DNA from: the human T2T-CHM13v2.0 reference genome, Homo sapiens
Assembly (NCBI RefSeq): GCF_009914755.1
Contig: NC_060936.1
Reading direction: 5' to 3' (one strand)
DNA: 64,000 nt
Shown: positions 29,320-44,783 of the stretch, in pieces
Layout of the letters: each line of letters begins with the position of its first letter
Numbering within the stretch: position 1 is the first letter of the stretch
Translations under genes and position numbers: made by a program
Notes under the pieces: generated by a model
Databases searched by the model: none
The model's input: only the letters and a program-made list of their open reading frames with translations
What the model was told of the DNA's origin: nothing

Positions 29320-30080
29320 GTCTACACTTGGGAGAACATGCATTGGAAACCTTAGTACCGTAAATAATTAATATGCAAAGAAGCATAAAGAGCAACTTAC
29401 TAATCAAGTAGAAAAATATGCACAATAAAATATGCAAAGGATAAAAATGGGCAATTAATGGAAGGATTATAAAAGTGACCAATAAATTTAAGAAAGAGCA
29501 CACAATTTCTCTGGCAATCAATAGTAAGGTTTTTGTTTGCCAATATATTAGTAAACATTAAAATTATTAATATTAAGTATAAACAGAGTCTCATATAGTT
29601 AGGAAGAGCATAAAATGAGGAGTTAACTTAGAGAACAATTTGCCAGAATTGATAAAAAAATCAAAATGTTATATATTTCAAGTTTTCCATTGCTAGGTAT
29701 CCATTCAAAGAAGTATTTGTATGTGTACATGAAGAGACATGTACAAGAGGGCTTGTTGGAGCATTGTTTGAAATACTAAAAAGTTGAAGGTCACCTACAA
29801 TGTCTATCAATTTAAGGATAGTTAAATAAATTATGCTTTATATATACCATAGAATTTTATTCATCAGATTTTAATGAGGTATCTGTGAACTGTCATGAGA
29901 AACACTCTAAAATATATTAAATAAATCAAGCCATAGAACTAAATATGCAGTTTAATTATGTTTATATGTTAATATCTTCACCTCCCCTGCCAAAAAGCAA
30001 CACAACTAGGTATTTTCTATCTATGTAAAATCACAGAAAAAGGTGTGACAAATATCCACCATATCATTAATAGCAACTTC
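29320..30080 (+). mobile_element. L1ME-type ORF2 3' end / 3' UTR remnant
   Basis: ttccattgctaggtatccattcaaag, gcattgtttgaaatactaaaaagttg, gatagttaaataaattatg. Confidence 0.55.
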
Positions 30081-30228
30081 CTTTGATTTGAATTTCTAAA
30101 TCATTAATAGCAAAACATTAATATAAATGAACTTGAGGGTTGGGATGGCAGTGTGACAGGAAGTTACTTCTACTATGTATAATTCTTTGTTATGTTTAAA
30201 AATAGAATAACCAAAAATGCTTTTATAG

Positions 30229-30528
<300 letters not shown>

Positions 30529-33030
30529 TAAGTTTTCAAAATCTGGGTTTGTTATTCTCTGTTCATTATATAAAAAGGAATATGATGTAAATTTGTCCCA
30601 TCGTCAGTGATTTTAATCTGCTCACTTGGCTAAGATTGTGTCTGTAATATTCCTGTCAAAGGTGCATAATCCGAGTACAAGTAAAACATCAGACAACCCA
30701 ATTTTAAAGACTTTCTCTTAAAAAAAATCAATTTAAAGAATTGCAAAAAAAGATGGTAGAACTGTACCAGATTAAAGAGACCTGGCAATAAAATGTGATA
30801 CATGATTCCAGATTTTCTTTTGCAATAAAGAACAATATTGGAACAATTGTAGATATCTGAATAAAGTCTGTAGATTAAAACACAATAGTTAATAATTAAT
30901 ACCCACCTAGATATACAATTCTAGGGTCACCCTATCTTCCTTTTATATAAATTTGGTTCCATTGTTATACAATTTTCTAGCAATGAATGCTTCTATAGTG
31001 AGAGGCTGACCTAACATATGATTTTTGTTTTGTTACCTGGATGTCTTATGATTTTTTCTTTGTCCTTGTAGTTCAGTACCTTCCTGAGGGTATGTCTCAG
31101 TGCCAATTCTATTGCATCAGTTTTTCCTGGAACATGATCTACTTCTTTGATGTGCAGATTAAGGCCATTTTTTTTTCCAGGATTGTTTTCTTATGTTTTA
31201 GATTATAATATATTATCTGTTTTATTTATTCAGTTCTTTTCTTCATGAAATCATAGCAATGATGCAATTGTTGATACCTTTACCTATGTTCTTTGTCTAT
31301 TATCATCTCTATACTCAATTTGAAATCATTGTTCTTTTTTATGTTGTTTTCTGTGAATTGCAGAATAGTGTTCATCATGTTCTTGACTGTGCTCATTTGT
31401 GCATGTCTGTTTGTGCTTATGTTTGGCTACTAATTTGGCTTTGGTCTCTGTTGCATTTTAATGTTTTCCTTCCTTTTCTTTTGTGAGCTCCTAAGCTCCC
31501 TTTTCACCTCTGTAGTCTCCTTGAATATTTGTACCTGCTCACTGACCTTTTTTTTTTATATATAAGAGAGTTCAAAGCTGTAACTTCTTTGAAAGAATAG
31601 AAATTATTTATTTGTCTGACTTTTCATGTTTCAATGGGCGAATTTCCATTTGATTTGTCTTTTTTCATCTGCCTCTTCTCATTTTCCTTCCAGATTTTCT
31701 GCATATTTTGTGTTTGTTTATTTCTCATTATGACTTGTCCTCAAATGGAATTCCTTAACCTCTGGAAGAATAGAATGAGACTAGGAGAGGAGCATTGGAG
31801 AGGGGAGAGATCTATGACTATATTCAGTTACCATTTGTGATCTTGAATATTTCATCAAGTGTCTCGTTTTACTACTTTTTAAAATCTGGGGCACATCAGT
31901 TTCTTTAGGAGGATAATGTGGTTCACAGCAAAGCTCTTTAGGGTATGGGCTTGCTGCCCCTTCTTCTAATCACCCATTCACTTCTGGTGATCTTTGCCCT
32001 ACTAGAAATCTAGGGGGTGGATAGTAGAAATAATGTGACAGCATGATTTGACCCCTGACATTTTGTGATGTTGTGTGAATATTTAAAGGAATCAAATCTT
32101 TACAGGACCATCTCTTCTTTTTCTGCTGTCCATCCATACTCTAAATGTTGACATTTTAGTTAGAGTCATAGGTTAAGCCTTTCTAGACAAAGGTACTTAT
32201 TTTGGAGAAATTCCGCACCTGCTAGAGTCCCAGGAGGCATGAGTTCACTCGCAGGACTTTGTCTCCTGGCCCCGATTCCATGATGTTTGGCAGGTAAACT
32301 TATTGTATGCACTTTGGAATAGAGAGAGTTAACTTAATTCTTCAAATATGGATCATTTTCTCTGCTTTTCATTCTTACTGTTGTTTTCGGTAAAATTTTT
32401 GTTGTTTGCAGAAAACTTGTGGGAATAAATAAAAATGCCTTTATTCAACAATGTAAACACGAAGTTATTTAAGAGGTAAACTGTTATTTTCTGTATTCTT
32501 ATCTTCTTTTCAAAATTTAATGGACTCTATGACTTATTATGGAAAGCAGAATGTGACATAAAGAAAATTCAATAGAGTGTGACATCTTGGGAGAAATACA
32601 AATAGTTGGATTTGTATCTTGTATAGGAATTTTACAATCTCCCTTGGATTTATGGGCAATACACATGCTTATGAATATGTGCTAACTACCATATAGACTT
32701 TGCTTGAAAATTTTAAACTTAATTTCGTAGTAGCAGATAGCCTAAATCTATAATTCTGCTACCATTTACTTTTGTGTACAATTTCATTTAATGCTAAATT
32801 ATACTTAATGATTATAGTTCTTAACAGTAATTACAGTGGAAAATCTGTAAAGCAGATTTACTTTTCCTTATGTGGTAGACTGAATTTTTAGTAAGAAAAA
32901 GAGATTTAAACACTTTAGCAATATAGATGTGCCAGCCATAAATTATATTTAACATCTGAGTAATTTTCAAGCTAAATCATTTAATGCTACTGAAATTATA
33001 GTGGACTTCTCAGGGAGCTCCAGATGCCTT

Positions 33031-33386
33031 CTGCCTAAGTCCATGTGCACTGCTACAACAAAACATCATACTAGGTAGCTTATAAATGACAGTAATTTAT
33101 TTCTCACAGTTCTAGAGGCTGAGAAGTTCAAGATCAAGGGTACTGGCAGATTTAGTGTCTGGTAAGGGCCTACTTTCTAGGTTCATAGATGGTGCCTTTA
33201 TAATATACATAGTATAAAGGGACCAGGTAGCTCTCTGTAGTCTCTTTTTTCAGGGCAATAATCCCATTCATGCAGGCTCTGCCTTCATGACCTAATTACT
33301 TCCCCAAACCACCTCCTATCACCATCAATTTGGTGATTAGGTTTCAACATAAGAATTTTGGTGAAACAAACAATCAGATCATAGCA
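33031..33386 (-). mobile_element. MLT1A-type MaLR solo LTR
   Basis: atttatttctcacagttctagaggctgagaagttcaagatcaagg...caaacaatcagatcatagca. Confidence 0.75.
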
Positions 33387-33657
33387 CCTTCCTTTATTAA
33401 CCTCTTTTTATTTTTTTTTTTATTGAGAAACATTTTATTATTTAACATTAAACACACCTTGGGCATGTATACGGAGGCAGACTTCTTTCCCTTTTATGAT
33501 GTGGATTGGGCAAGTGACATCTGAGTGTGCGTGCAGATGGCAGAAATGTAGATTGAGACAAAGTGGCTCGAGCAAGCTGGGTGACTGTCAAGTCCAATGA
33601 TGTCCAACAGTGTGACATTGTAACTGCCCTCTTCAAACTATGTGGATCTGCCACATT

Positions 33658-35539
<1,882 letters not shown>

Positions 35540-36029
35540 TCATATGCAAAAATAGCATGTCCTGTCTCCACTTACAAAGTAACAGTTGAATATGTCAGTT
35601 TAGCAATTTGGAAAGTAAATTTCAAGACTGCCACCTTCTACCATCTTCTGTGGACCACAGTGTTCCTGAGCAAAGTCAGGCACTTCCTTTTTCTGTCAGA
35701 AACAATAGGACCTCACCTATAGTTATTCTCAAACAATGTGGCCTCACCTATAGATATCTTTGCTTTTTAAGTACTATGTGTTTTATAAACATATTGGTAA
35801 TTATTATTATGACTATTCATTTGAAAAATGCTCCTGAGTCACAAGAAATGAACATAGACATAGAGTCTACAGGAGAGGCTTTTGAGTGTGGCTCCTCAGT
35901 CCCCTAATCAACACTTTATTGTCACTGCTTCAGCATTCTAGAACTTTCTCATATGTGTGACTTCTGCACAAAGAGAAATAAATAAGGAACTGAACCCCAA
36001 AATAGTTCTTAGCTATTCTTAACAGAGCA

Positions 36030-36790
36030 ACATAACAAGGAAAAACTTGAGTTGAGGATCACACATCGCTGGCTTCAAATCTCAGCCCTAACACATACTT
36101 GCTGTGAAGATGTGAGCAAATTGTTTAACCACTCCAAACCCCATTTTCCCCATCTATACAACATTCCTCATAGGTATATCATGAGGATTAAATGGAATAA
36201 AGTATATAAAGCTATTAATATAGTGTTGGAATTTAATGAGTACTCAATTCATGGCTGGCTACCTGGGATGGAATCCTGGGTACACAACTTACTATATGTA
36301 GACCTTGGGTAATCACTAAACTTTTCTTATCTGTTAAGTTAAGGGGGCTAACAGGACCTACTTCCAGGACTCCTGAGAGCAGTCAAGGAGATGACACATA
36401 TTCAGTTCTCCCCAGGCTACCTGGGCCGTAGAACAGGCTTACTAAGTGTTAGCTACAGCAATTGCATTGCCTGTACTTTTCCTTAAAGTAAGTAGCACAA
36501 CATGCACAGTAGGCTGTTTGTTATTCCCTCTCCTTCCCAATCCCTCACTCGACAAGCTCTGAGAATAATATTGATAATAATAATAATGGCAGAATATAGT
36601 TTACAAACTTTCTGTAAGCCTAGCTTTTTGACCTTAAGTAAACAATTTAACGTCTCATTGCCTCTATTTTCTTATCTGTGAAATAAAGATAATACTGCCT
36701 ATTTTTGAGGCATATATTCTTTATTAAAGAATTGAAGGTAAAGGTCACAGAACAAGATTTGGTATAGAGTAATATCTTATTAATTTTAGC
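36030..36790 (+). mobile_element. Cluster of about three MIR copies
   Basis: Repeated MIR cores: atgaggattaaatgg; gaccttgggtaatcactaaac; gaccttaagtaaacaatttaacgtctc...ttttcttatctgtgaaat. Confidence 0.7.
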
Positions 36791-36801
36791 TTTAAAAAGT
36801 G

Positions 36802-36921
36802 TTTTATTTATTTATTTATTTATTATTATTATACTTTAAGTTTTAGGGTACATGTGCACAATGTGCAGGTTAGTTACATATGTATACATGTGCCATGCTG
36901 GTGCGCTGCACCCACTAACTC
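36802..36921 (-). mobile_element. Very short L1PA2-like 3' stub with (TAAA)n-decayed tail
   Basis: ggtgcgctgcacccactaactc (young CG/cact state, GAG rather than ACA) and tatactttaag (non-Ta). Confidence 0.85.
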
Positions 36922-37868
36922 ATCTATATAATCTCATTTGACTGTAACAGGTGTTTTTCTAGGTGAGATTCTTCAGTAGGTACTAAAACATGTTGAATCC
37001 TTTTTAAAAGCTATACAAATAGAGGTCAACCCAGGCCACCTAAACATTTAACTTGAACTGGGTTTGGCATGGACGAGCCAGTGTGATTTTTAGCAGTAGA
37101 ACAGTCCTCCTGTCTAAACACAGTCCTCCTCCACCTATCTATCAGGCCTGAAAGTCAATAACGATGCAGGTATTCCTGGGGTAGCTCTAATTTAAACAAC
37201 ATCAATCATTTATACCTGAGTGTTGATGCATTTATTAGGACATCTCTGGAGAGTTTTGACAGATGTCGGGGGGGAGCTGGATAAAGCAAAGCATCATCAG
37301 TGTATGAAGATAGAGCATCTGAGTGCCTCAAGAGGGAGACAAGGACAGTAAAAAGGAAAAAGGACATAAATCAGGAAGCTAAAAATGCTACATGACACAT
37401 GTCACCTACTTAGCGCGTTTGCCTGTGGCTGACCTCAAATGTCATCTCCTTCCTAATAGACAGACTTCCTAACTGCATTGGCAGCTCCTCTGAGGATTTT
37501 TTTTTTGTTCTCTCCCTATAGAAAGGATAGTCTCATATGTATTCCAAACCACTGAGAGAAAATATGTGTTAGGCCACTGAAGAATGTTATTAATATTAAA
37601 TAAGCCAGAATCCCAAATGTGCTTAATCCCAAGTGTGCTTCTGATACCACGGCTTGGAGAAAAACAAAAATTCAAAAATAAATCTTAAGTAAAATGGGGG
37701 TGACAATTATGTCTGATGTACTTTGGATGTATCTGTTAAAATTCTCATCTTTTGAACTCTAGGAATTGCTTGGAAAAGAGGGGAAAACTTCAAATCTCAC
37801 TTTTATGTGCCCTGACTCAAGAGTTTCAGGTTTTCCAGGTATGCAGTGCTGTGCTAGAGCACCAGGTG

Positions 37869-38657
37869 TGATATGGTTTGAATGTTTTGTCCCCTCCAGA
37901 TCTCGTGTTGAAATGTGCTGTCCAATGTTGGAGGGGGTGCCTGCTGGGAGGTGTTCCGGTCATCAGGGGGGATCCCTCATGAATGCCTTGGTGCTGTACT
38001 CATGGTGATGAGTGAGTTCTCACCCTATGAATTCATGCAAGATCTGGTTGTTTAAAAGAGTGTAGCATCTCTTCTCTTTCTCTCTTGTTCCCCTTCTTGC
38101 CATGTGATATGGTTTGGCTCTGTGTCCCCACCCAAATCTCATCTCTAACTGCAATCCCCATGTGATGAGGGAGGGTCCTGGTGGGAGGTGATTGGATCAT
38201 GGTGGCAGTTTCCTCCATGCTGTTCTTGTGATAGTGAGTGAGTCCTCACAAGATCTGATGGTTTTAGAATAGGTGGTTTCCCCCGCTCTCTTCTCTTTCT
38301 TGCTGCCTTGTGTGGAAGCTACTTGCTTCTCCTTTGCCTTCCACCATGACTGTAACTTTCCTGAGACCTCTCCAGCCATGTAGAGCTGTGAGTCAATTAA
38401 ATCCCTTTCTTTTATAAATTACCCAGTCTTGGATATTTCTTTGTAGCAGTGTGAGAACAAACTAATACGCCATGTGACACACAGACTCCCCTTTGCTTCT
38501 ACCATGATTGCAAGCTTCCTGAGGCACCCCCAGAAGCAGATGCTGACACTATGCTTCCTGTGCAGCTGGCAGAACCATGAGCTAATTAAATCTCTTTTCT
38601 TTATAAATTACCCAGCCTCAGATACTTCTTTATGGTAACACAAAACAGACTAACACA
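37869..38657 (+). mobile_element. MSTB-type MaLR solo LTR, interrupted by a THE1D-like LTR
   Basis: tgatatggtttgaatg...cagactaacaca; 5-bp TSD aggtg/atgtg. Confidence 0.8.
38105..38469 (+). mobile_element. THE1D/MSTA-like solo LTR nested in the MSTB LTR
   Basis: tgatatggtttggctctgtgtccccacccaaatctcatc...aactaatac; perfect 5-bp TSD ccatg at 38100-38104 and 38470-38474. Confidence 0.85.
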
Positions 38658-39188
38658 ATGTGCCTTCAACAAGCAGCTGTCACCTGCAAGTTTTAGCCAC
38701 CGTAGAAGAATCAAAAGAACCAGACGTAGTTTTTTTCTTGCTCTGCATTTACTATGCCCCCAGAAGATGACCCTTACTTACATTTTGATTGGGGTTCACT
38801 AGAAAGGAAGGAGACTAGAGCAAGGAAAGAAAAGGCAAAGGTGCTTTGGACTAAAGAAAGAGTAAGTGTCTCCAAGACTGAGAAAGGACCACAGGTTTAA
38901 GAATGCTTCACCTCAAAGCTTGTGTGCAATGTTTTGGATGGGAGAGGTACAAGGTGACTGTGTTGTCTAAGGCTGAGGTTGGTAGAAAGGACCACTGAGA
39001 GCAGGAATACCGGACATAGCAAATGACAAGGAGCAGGACTCAACAGCAGCAATGGTAGCAGAAAGAGTAATAAAATTAATACCAAAGATTTGTCTTCTGT
39101 TTTCTTCCAGGACTTGTCTTCCATTTTCTAAGTATCATAAAAGCTTCTTAAATTATTGTGAGACCTCAGGGAGAGAAGGGCTCCCTCA

Positions 39189-39552
<364 letters not shown>

Positions 39553-39708
39553 TTAGAAAACAGAGGGATATTTTTCACACCTCTGTGTTATGGAGCAGAT
39601 TCTTTCCTATGCTCTGTGAGAACAAGATCCATGTGTCTTTGTCACTGTATTGACATCAACTGTGGAGCACCTGGTATATGAGATCTCAACAAATATTAAA
39701 ATAAATAG

Positions 39709-39988
39709 GGCTAAGCACAGTGGCTCATGCCTGTAGTTGCAGAGGTTTGGGAGGCCGAGATAGGCAGATTGCTTCAGTCTACAAGCTCAAGACCAGCCTG
39801 GACAACAAGGCGAAACCCCATCTCTACAAAAAATGCAAAAGTTAGCTGGGTGTGGTGGCACATGACTTTAGTCCCAGCTACTTGGGAGGCTGAGGTGGGA
39901 GGATTTGTTGAGTTTGGTAGGCTGAGGCTACAGTGAGCCATAATTGTACCACTGCCCTGCAGCCTGGGTGACAGAGTGAAACCCTGTC
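39709..39988 (+). mobile_element. AluJ-like
   Basis: Diverged dimer; gaggtgggaggatt and ctacaaaaaat J features. Confidence 0.88.
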
Positions 39989-40073
39989 AAGAAAGAAGAA
40001 AGAAAGAAAGAAGGAAAGAAGGAAAGAAAGAAAGAAGGAAAGGAAGGAAGGAAGGGAGGGAGGGAGGGAGGGA
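39989..40073. repeat. Compound (GAAA)n/(GGAA)n/(GGGA)n purine tract derived from the Alu tail
   Basis: Read directly; ~85-nt homopurine strand. Confidence 0.93.
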
Positions 40074-40469
40074 GTGGAATGACTAATTGGAAATACAGTA
40101 AAATTTAAAAGACTCAGTTGAATCCAAATTTTGTTTCTCATACTGGGTGAAGCTTTGGTGTAAGACAGAGCTTCCCAGTCTGGGCAGTAAAGTATTTGAC
40201 ATTTTTATTCAGATACTTCATGTGTTTGTGTGTGTGTAAGTCTTACAGTGTGTCCTAGAATGTTTAACAGCATCCTTGGCCTTTGCTTAGATTATATAGG
40301 AAAAATCAGACGTCGGAAAAGTAGAGTTGAATTTTGCATGTGAAATTGGTTTTCCACAAGTGATTTCTTTGAGACAGAAGGGTTTGTTACATGGAACTAT
40401 CTGGTTTTCTGAGTTCATCTATCACATAATCTTATAAATGAGTTTGTGTGTATAGAATTTGCTTACATG

Positions 40470-40680
40470 TGGCAGTGATGTTTTAAAAAACATTGGACTA
40501 AGACTTATAAGATCAAGGATTGAATTCCGGCTTTGCACTTACTACTTTTGGAACATGTTTAACTTTTGTGTCTCTCAATTTTCTTTTCTGTATTTGGGAA
40601 ATAATTTTTAAAAAACACTTCACAGATAGTTGTGAAAATCAAACTACATAAAAACAATTATCACTTATTTATTGACACAC
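40470..40680 (+). mobile_element. MIR
   Basis: ttgaattccggctttgcacttact...tttaacttttgtgtctctcaattttcttttctgta. Confidence 0.65.
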
Positions 40681-42369
40681 ATTATTTCTGTTACACACTG
40701 AATACCTTTTAAAACACATATGTCTCTGAGAGTAGTAACTCAAGATGAGAAAGGCGTATGAAGACAGTCTAAAGTCAAGGAGGCCAAACTAAATTTCTCC
40801 TTCTTGCTCATAGTTCAATTGCAAATATGGGTAAATACATGGAACCTATAATATTTGCCAAATAGCCATACCTGAAAGACTCTTTCCATGTTTAAATTTG
40901 TCAGAGAACTTCAAAGGTTAAACAATTAGAGTCAGGAGAGTCAGATGGAATTAGTCTAGAAATGATGAATATTGTCCCAGAGGCAGACAGGTCTGGCCAG
41001 GTGGAGGTGGTTTTTAACAGATGGGAAGGTACTGGTTGGTTTCTAGTACTCTCTGGCTGAGCAAGGACATTGGGTAATATGGAGGTCGCTGGTGTTATGG
41101 AATCGTGACTCTGTCACTGAAGGTGCGGGGTGATCCTAGGAAGACACTAACTTCTATGCCAAGCAGGTGTTGGCATTCTGATGTGTAAGAAGGCATAGTT
41201 CTATGTCACCAAACTTGGGGATGTTTTGTCTAGTCTTATGGGAAATTCAAATAATGACTTAATAATGAATGAACAACTGCCAAAGTATAGATTAGAGGTC
41301 ACATTTATTTTTGTTTTACATATTGACATACGGTCCTTGAACTTTCAGGAGATATATACTCTCATATAGTGATATACTTCATCTCATATCTTTCTTCAAA
41401 CTTGCAGTTCAATAAGTTCTTTATTCTTACAAGTTAAAACAAAAATTGACAACATTCAAAACCTAATCCATAGCTTAAAAATAACGGTCTGAGAAATAGG
41501 AGTATTGTACAACTACTATGTCACATCTAGAACTGTCCAGTAATGTAAGCACCTGTATCGAGATTGAAAAAAATAATTTGGAGAAATGGTTCACCATTAA
41601 AACCCACAGAGGTAAGGCCAGTCCATTAGAATTACTGGAGGAAGCTTTAAAACTATTGGACTAGACCCTGCCCTGAAAAGATTCTGACTTAATAGATTTC
41701 GGATGAGACCCAAGAGTCTTTATTCATTTTTTTCACTTAAAAATTCTCCCAGGTAATTTTAATACACATATTTTTGGAGAAATGTTACAAGAAAAAATTT
41801 TAGATACTTAGAAATGTTCCTTTGAATTGTATTTCATGTTTCTTAAATGGCCCAATGAAGCTTTAAAAGTTTTTAGACCAGTTGCTTTAGAACTTAAATT
41901 TCCACACGGCGGTTTTATTTTTCTCATGTACCTGAGAAATCAACGATATTCATTTGTCAGAATATAAATCCATAAACCTCAAAGCAGGGAGCTTGCTTCT
42001 GTGCTTCATGTTTATGATTCTGTTTCACCTACAATGCCCCTGATGTGATTATAATCCCTTCATCAACAGGCAAAGGACTCTGCAGATTTTGAAGGTTGAA
42101 TTTTACATTCCTATTTTGGGCATACTTTGTTCATGCCTATTATGGTGTAATAACCATCTGTCTGCTGCAGCGGATAAGTACTAGATGCCACCTGCACTTT
42201 CAGCCAAAATATAAAAATATAAAGAGTCTGGCAAAATGGGGCTTATAAATTCTGTCCTAATTCTCCCCTGAATGCCTGTTTGCGGTCATCCCATTCGCAT
42301 AGCTGAATGATTATGATGCAGTGAAAACATTGTGGACTTTAGATATGAATTTGAATGTGAGCTTACTTT

Positions 42370-43490
42370 TCTCATTCATTCATTCAACAAATATCTGCTG
42401 TCCACCATGTGCCAGAGGCTATTCTCGGGCACAGAGAGAAAAAACATGAGACTGCATCTTCAGGTAACTCATAGGCTTGCTTGCAGGAAACAGACAAGTA
42501 AACAATTATTACCCAGAGTGTAAAGTGTCAGAAGAGATGGGAGCATAGGGCAGGAAGTCTGAAGAGAGAGACATAACATAAATTTGGTGTGGGGGGTGGC
42601 CCTGGTTCAGAGGGTGTTGGAACTTTTAAGTAGTTCCTGGAGAAGCACTGATCTTGAGTTTTAAAGAAATCTTAAGCTGTGGGAGAGGGAGCATGAGGGT
42701 AGTTTATCCAAAGAATATGTGTGTGATATGTTTTGTTGGGATAACTGAAGGAAAGGGATGTGAGGAGAAAAGAGATAACAAGTGAGGCTAGAGCACTCAG
42801 CAAAAGCTGTGTAATTAGAACCTGTGGACTCTATTACAAAGGCAATGGAGAGTCATTGACTAGGGCTGACATGATGAGATTGGCATTTTAGGTCACCTTG
42901 AAGAGGGACATGACTAAGCAGGCTATGGAAGTAATTCAGACTGAGGAGGCAGTGGTACTGGTGATGCTAGTGCGGAAATGGATTTTAGAGTTATTTAAGA
43001 GTTACTTTGATTGGACTTTATCTCTAATTTCATGCACGTGTAAAAAAGAGGCAGGGCTGGTCATGGTAGCTCATGCCTGTAATCCCAGCACTTTGGGAGG
43101 TTGAGGTGGGCGGATCGCTTGAGCTCAGGAGATTGAGATCAGCTTGGCCAACACGGTGAAACCTCATCTCTACTAAAAATACAAAAAATTAGCTGGGTGT
43201 GGTGGTGTACACCTCTAGTCCCAGCTACTCAGTAGTCTGAGATGGGAGAATCACCTGAGCCCAGAAGGCTGAGGCTTCAGTGAGCTGAGATGGTGCCACT
43301 GTACCCCAGACTGGGCAACCACAGTGAGACCCTATCTCAAACTAACTAACTAAATAAACAAATGGGAGAGGTAGTAATTTAGGGTGCCCTGCAGTCTTCT
43401 GGCTCAGGAAACAGGGTGAATGGCATTGTCTTTCACCACTTTAGGGAGCACAGGAAGAGGAACACTTTTGAGAGAGGGTGTTCTGATTCA
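42370..43490 (-). mobile_element. L2 (3' end at left) interrupted by an Alu
   Basis: cattcattcattcaacaaatatctgctgtccaccatgtgccag is the antisense L2 3' terminus. Confidence 0.7.
43055..43362 (+). mobile_element. Alu (Jb/old S)
   Basis: Full dimer; flanks agaggcag / agaggtag. Confidence 0.9.
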
Positions 43491-44783
43491 CTGCTTTTTT
43501 AGAGGCCATTTTTTCAAAGATTTACCTAAGCCACCAGATGACATGGGTTGAATTTTCCCTGTACTGTGTAGCTAAAGCAATAACATCAACTCACAATCAC
43601 CAAAGCAAAATGTATTAGTATTTTTCAGATTAGATGTGATGCAACAGCAACATAATATGTAAATATAATGTGTAGTAAACTGCATGCAACATAGTGCATA
43701 AAGAAGCTTTTTCTATGCCACTGCTGCCCAGCCATCCTGGGTTTGCATATGACCTTAAGAAGTTGGCCTGAAAAGGAAATTAGAAAGAGGAGAAGACTGG
43801 TTCTTGGGCAGCATATAGATACATCTTTCAGCCTGGAAGTCCTCCCAGCAATGTGGATGAATTAATATTTAAATGTCTATGGAATTAAAGGTTGTCACAT
43901 GTCCATTGACAGATCTGAACAGATACGCACGGGCCTGTCCAACTTCTATTAATCTGAGAAGTGGTCTGTGAAGTCTCTATGGGGCTGGGCATCAGGATAG
44001 CCTGGAAAGTCTGGGATTTTGGCCCTTAGTAGGGTCACAAGTGGGTGTAAGCCATACCAGCGTAAATAACTTTACATATATAACACCTGTGCATTTGTAT
44101 TCATCAGTGACCCTATCCTAACTTTGCTTCTGGGAGCCAGATTGATTCCTCAGATTACAGGAGCCCATTTTTTTAGTGAAATCATTGAAGATATATTGGC
44201 TTAGGGAGAGATTCAAGGGGCAACTGAGAATATAGGTCTAGAGTTCAAGATGGTTGTCTGGGCTGGATATTTAGGGAGACTTTTCCGTGTCTATTGTGAA
44301 CCTCGTATTGGCTACTTTTGAGATCTCAAACTCATTTTTTTCTCAGTGTTTTAAGTAACAGACCATCATCTACCCAAGCAATGTTATAAGGTCCTTTTAA
44401 GGGCCATTGTAGTTTTACCATTTTAAGTCCAAATACACTTAAGCTGAGAAGCACCAGTACTTGGATTTGTAACAGCATTTGTAGATTTTTAGGTTGTATA
44501 GGCAATAGGATGTTTTCATGTAACTGAAGTGTTTTTGCTAGTGGAGAAAATTAATTATGCAGAAATCAAACCCTTTCAAACACTTAATTACCTTGAAATG
44601 TTTGTAGAGTTTAAATACAACTTATTAAGCTTTTACTTATGCAGGTACTATGTTTTGTGGTATATATAATCTGTCAAAAAATAGAGTAGTATCTTCTAAT
44701 CATTATGACCTAATAAGCAGTAAAAAGGTAAGACAAATACAGACATGAATATTCCCAATGAAACGATATGAAATGTTAGATGT

